Part shown: one piece after another, positions 58,626 through 64,000 of the stretch
How the letters are laid out: each line of letters begins with the position of its first letter
Numbering within the stretch: position 1 is the stretch's first letter
Origin: the human T2T-CHM13v2.0 reference genome, Homo sapiens
Length of the DNA: 64,000 bases
Reading direction: 5' to 3' (one strand)
Assembly: GCF_009914755.1 (NCBI RefSeq)
Contig: NC_060932.1
Made by a program: the position numbers and the translations under genes
The notes under the pieces: generated by a model
The model's input: the letters and a program-made list of their open reading frames with translations, nothing else
Databases searched by the model: none
Told to the model about the DNA's origin: nothing

Positions 58626-58911
58626 TTAGAGATAGGGTCTCGCTCTGTCACCCAGGCTGGAGTGCAGTGGCACCATCCATAGCTCACTGCAGCCTTGAGC
58701 TCCTGGGCTCAAGTGATCCTCCTGCCTCAGCCTCCCCAGTGACTGAAACCACAGGTGAATGCCATGACACCTGGCTAATTTTAAAATTTTCTGTAGAGAC
58801 ATAGTCTCGCTATGCTGCCCAGGCTGGTCTCGAACTCCTGAGTTCAAGCGATCCCCCTATCTCAGCCTCTCTAATTATTAGAATTACAGGCGTGAGCCAT
58901 TGTGCCCAACC
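58626..58911 (-). mobile_element. AluJ
   Basis: Antisense dimer without T tract. Confidence 0.92.
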
Positions 58912-59344
58912 CAAACAGCAGACATTGATTTAAATGACAGGAGAATGAAGACGAATCGTATTCTCTTGACCACTGCCTGCATGAAGATGTCTCTGACTCC
59001 CCTGATGGGAAAAACCATGGCCCCTCCCTTCTGCCTTCCTCAGCACATTGTCAGGTCCTCATTTGTGTAATTTTCATGTCCTGACTTGTATTTGAGCTAT
59101 CTAAATAATCACATAATAACAACACTTTCACTTGTTGAACTCCTATTTAGATGTGTATACATTACTTCTCATTATCTCCTATTCAACTGAGGAAACAGAT
59201 CAGAGAAGTCAAGTAACTTGCCTCACACACAAAGCTCCTAAGCGGTAGACCTCAACCTGGAACTCAAGTATTCTGATCCCAAAGCCCATAGTTTTCCCAT
59301 GAGCTCTGCTGTTTCTTTTCTTTCCTGTTAGAGTGTGAGTTCCT

Positions 59345-59647
59345 GGACAGGTCCAGTGGCTCATGCCTGTAATCCCAGCACTCTGGGAGGTCAAGGCGGG
59401 TAGATCACCTGAGGTCAGGAGTTCAAGACCAGCCTGTCCAAGATGGTGAAACCCCATCTCTACTAAAAATACCAAAATTAGCTGGGTGTGATGGCACACC
59501 TGTAATGCCAACTACTCAGGAGGCTGGGGCAGGAGAATCACTTGAACCTAGGAGGCAGAGGCTGTAGTGAGCCGAGATCACGTCACTGCACTCCAGCCTA
59601 TGCAACAGAGCAAGACTCTGTTTAAAAAAAAAAAAAAAAAAAAAAAA
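59345..59647 (+). mobile_element. AluSx-like
   Basis: TSD core TGAGTTCCT. Confidence 0.93.
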
Positions 59648-59751
59648 GAACCTGAGTTCCTTAAGGATAAGGTATGTGTTCCTTGTTTTGTATCTCAAAA
59701 CCAGTGTAAGCTGGGATTTTTTAATACCTTACTTTCACTGCACTTTTTTGA

Positions 59752-60173
<422 letters not shown>

Positions 60174-60570
60174 TAAAAAAATTCCCTGGATTTTTTTTTT
60201 TTTTTTTTTTTTGGTCTGAGAAAGTTATTATTTCTTTTTTACTCTTGAAGGATAATTTTGCAGGATTCTAGGTGCAGAATTCTAGGTTAGTAGAGTTTTT
60301 TCTCTCAACACTTTAAATATTTTATTACACTCTCTTCTTGCTTGCATGGAGGAGAAATCAGATGTAATTCTTATCTTTGTTTCTCTCTAGGTAAAATGTC
60401 TTCTCTCTGGCTTTTTCAGGATTTTTTTCTTTATCTTTGATTTTTCGTAGTTTGAATATAATAATGTGCCTAGGTGTAGGGATTTTTTGGATTTATCCTG
60501 CTGGTGTTTTCAGAAATTCCTGGATCTGACATTAATATGGAGAAATTATCAGTTATTATTGCTTCAAATA

Positions 60571-61270
60571 CAGTTATGCATTGCTTAACAATAGGGATGC
60601 ATTCTGAGATATGCACTGTTTGATGATTTCGTCATTGTGTGAATATCATCGAGTGTACTTATACAAATCTAGATGGAATGTCCTACTACACATCTAGGCT
60701 ACAGAGCATGGCATATTGCTCCTAGGCTACAAACCTGTACGGCATGTTACATTACTGAATTCTGTAGGCAACTGGAACACAATGGTATTTGTGAATCTAA
60801 ACATATCTAAACATAGAGGTTGGGCGAGGTGGCTCACGCCTGTAATCCCAGCACTTTGGGAGGCCAATGCAGGCAGATCACTTGAGGTCAGGAGTTTGAG
60901 ATCAGCCTGGCCAACATGGTGAAAACTCGTCTTTACTAAAAATACAAAAATTAGCTGGGTGTGGTGGCAGGCACCTGTAATTCCAGCTACACGGGAGGCT
61001 GATGCAGGAGAATCACATGAACCCAGGAGGTTGCAGTGGAGCCAAGATCATGCCACTAGGCCAAGATCTTGCCTGGGCGACAGAGCAAGACTCCATCTCA
61101 AAAAAATAAATAAATAAACAAACATATCCAAACATAGAAAAGGTAATACATTGCACTACAACACTATGACAGCTACCACATCACAAGCAATAGGAGTTTT
61201 TTGGCTCCATTAAAATCTTACAGGACCACCATCTTACATGAGGTCTCTCATTGACCAAAATATCAATGTA
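60571..61270. mobile_element. Tigger3 (MER7/Golem) derivative, right TIR missing
   Basis: TA|CAGTTATGCATTGCTTAAC...GCTCCTAGGCTACAAACCTGTAC...TTGACCAAAA. Confidence 0.85.
60818..61120 (+). mobile_element. AluS in Tigger3
   Basis: TSD aaacatatctaaacataga/aaacatatccaaacataga. Confidence 0.93.
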
Positions 61271-61274
61271 TTGA

Positions 61275-62047
<773 letters not shown>

Positions 62048-63119
62048 TGCTTCTGATTTCTAGCATTTCTTATGGTTCTTTCTTAGAATTTCCATTTCTC
62101 TGCTTTCATTTCCCATCTTTTGTTGAATGCTATCTACTTTATCCATTAGAGCCTTTATGCATATGAATCATAGCTGTTTTAAATTCCCAGTCTGATAATT
62201 CCAACATCCCTGCCATGTCTGAATCCGGTTCTGATGCTTGCTCCATCTCTTCAAATGTGTTTTCTGCCTTTTAATATGCCTTATAATGTTTTGTTTAGTA
62301 ACATGGGAGTGAGGCGTCCGTGTGTCTTAGGTAACCCCCAGCAGGTTTCCATGAATATCAGACCCTTCACATCCTCTCTACTCTCTATTCCTGCCTACCT
62401 GGCCCAGGTCTTCCCGCGGTGATTGGCTCTGAGCTGGCTCTTACCCAGCATAGCAGATGTAATGCTCCCTCTAGCCCATATCCCTGGAGTAGGGTAAGAT
62501 GGATCTTCTTGCTCAGATGTTTGGGTTAGCAAAGGCACCCCTAAAGGAGATGGATGGCCCCGCCATGGAATGTGTCCAGAGCCCTGGATGTTGTCCAGGT
62601 GCCTGGGGAGCTAAGCCATTAGTTCCACTGTCTGACTTCAGTCTCTCCCTGGTGCCGGGAGAGATTGATTGAGCCCATGCCCTCGGGATGGGGGTGGCAG
62701 AGTGGGAGTGGAGAGGGAGGAGGAGCTGCAGTAAGTCAGACAGATGGGGTGTCACAGGATTGGCGACTTGCCTTTCCCAAGAGGGAATGTGGTGGGGTCG
62801 GGGAGGGAGCCCAAGGAGAAGGAAGCTTCAGCCCTGTTGACCCTGTCTCCAGCAATTACCGGAGGGGCCGTGATCCCTCTGATACCTGCACAGGGAACAG
62901 ATGCAGTTGTGGCCAGCATGCTAGGTCACTTTCTTCTGCCAGTGCACTATGGGCCCTAAATGGATCCCAGATGCTCTGCTGCAAAAGGGGGCTTTCTTCC
63001 AGCATCCCAGCCTATCTTGAGACAAAGAGAATGAAGAATGGGGATGGGGATATGCTGGGGGGATTCCCATTTCTCTGATGCAATCTAGAAAAACAAGCCA
63101 AAGTTATCCAAACATTACC

Positions 63120-63310
63120 CAATGGCAACAACACACATTGGGGACTACTAGGGGGGCGGAGGGTGGGGGCCAGGGCTAAAAAGTTTCCTATTGGGTACCG
63201 TGCTTACTACCTGAGTGATGAGATCAGTGGTACCGCAAACCTCAGCATCATGCATATATCCATGTAACAAATCTGCATGTGTATCCCCGAGTATAAAATA
63301 AAAGCTGATT
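63120..63310 (+). mobile_element. L1PA/PB 3' UTR terminus
   Basis: cctattgggtac...aaacctcagcatcatgca...catgtaacaaatctgcatgtgtatccc; flanking AAGTTATC repeat. Confidence 0.85.
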
Positions 63311-63679
63311 TTTTTTAAGTTATCAAAGAAAGTCCAGGAGGCACATGTACTGCAAAATAATGTTAGTGCACGGGGTCAAAGTACTGGCACTCAGTAAATC
63401 AGTGGCTACCTAACTTAGCATTTCCTACAAAGAGCTAGATTAGCAAGTCTCAACCAAGAAAGGGACTTTTCTTTTAATTCTGGAAAGTAGGAGGTAGCTT
63501 GAAAACACTATCCTCCCTCCCTCCCATGCCCAATGGCAGAGGATAACCCTGTTCAGTGTTACAGAAGGGGAAACCCTTTACAAATGATTTAGCAACTCTA
63601 ACCTTAAGGAGCTCAGCCTCATTAGAGAGATCACTTTCCCACGCTAAATCATAACCATGGAAGGTAGAAAAACCCCAGA

Positions 63680-63830
63680 GATTCAGTCTCCTTGTTTTAG
63701 ATAAGAAACCTGAAGCCCAGAGAAAGAACGAGAGTTGCTGGAAAGTCCAGCTTTGCTTATGGGAAGGATTACAGGTTTAATATAAAACAGATGAAAACCT
63801 AAATCTGAATCTGAACTGGTCCCCTCAACA
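63680..63830 (-). mobile_element. MIR
   Basis: ttttagataagaaacctgaagcccagagaa. Confidence 0.5.
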
Positions 63831-64000
63831 GAGTGTGTTTGCATGTAAGTGTGCAAGTGCATGCCCATCTGTGTGTCTTGTGTAGCACTGTAGTTCTGAG
63901 TCAGTGTACTTTGACACAGTGGTGTGTGGCTCACCTGCAAACCATAGCAAGCAATTAGTGATCAATATGTAAAATGCATTTCTTCGACATACCATTACAA

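Noticed and set aside
62463-62477. Third CTCF-like motif (minus GGGCTAGAGGGAGCA)
   Set aside because: Several mismatches at core positions
62685-62725. G-rich tract as a G-quadruplex element
   Set aside because: Irregular G runs and loops; common in such DNA and no supporting context

Overview
Human-like (primate) non-coding genomic DNA dominated by interspersed repeats. I read about 42 Alu/FLAM/FRAM copies, many old L1, L2 and MIR fragments, MaLR LTRs (THE1, MST, MLT1), two ERV-L remnants (gag-pro-RT at ~25.9-28.0 kb; dUTPase, PPT and tandem MLT2 LTRs at ~41.4-43.8 kb), DNA-transposon relics (MER5A, MER58B, MER112, MER82, Tigger3) and several STRs. I see no intact protein-coding gene, RNA gene or CRISPR. 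The supplied ORFs are Alu read-through, microsatellite or decayed retroelement frames, and I cannot name the locus. No clearly new biological system is demonstrable. The notable signals are: (i) a set of locally templated DNA copy events (a ~142-bp inverted duplication, a ~280-bp Alu+flank duplication, a 45-bp copy of a neighbouring Alu, a fold-back insertion, a 34-bp junction duplication and an inverted L2 piece); (ii) a TSD-bounded insertion of Alu end + unique sequence + AATAAA + A-tail, resembling a retrocopied transcript 3' end; (iii) two near-consensus CTCF motifs in divergent orientation, one inside an old L1; (iv) a fused head-to-head Alu pair; (v) a candidate 60-nt exon downstream of the tandem MLT2 LTRs. 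Repeat subfamilies were assigned by eye from remembered consensus features, and boundaries of old elements are approximate.
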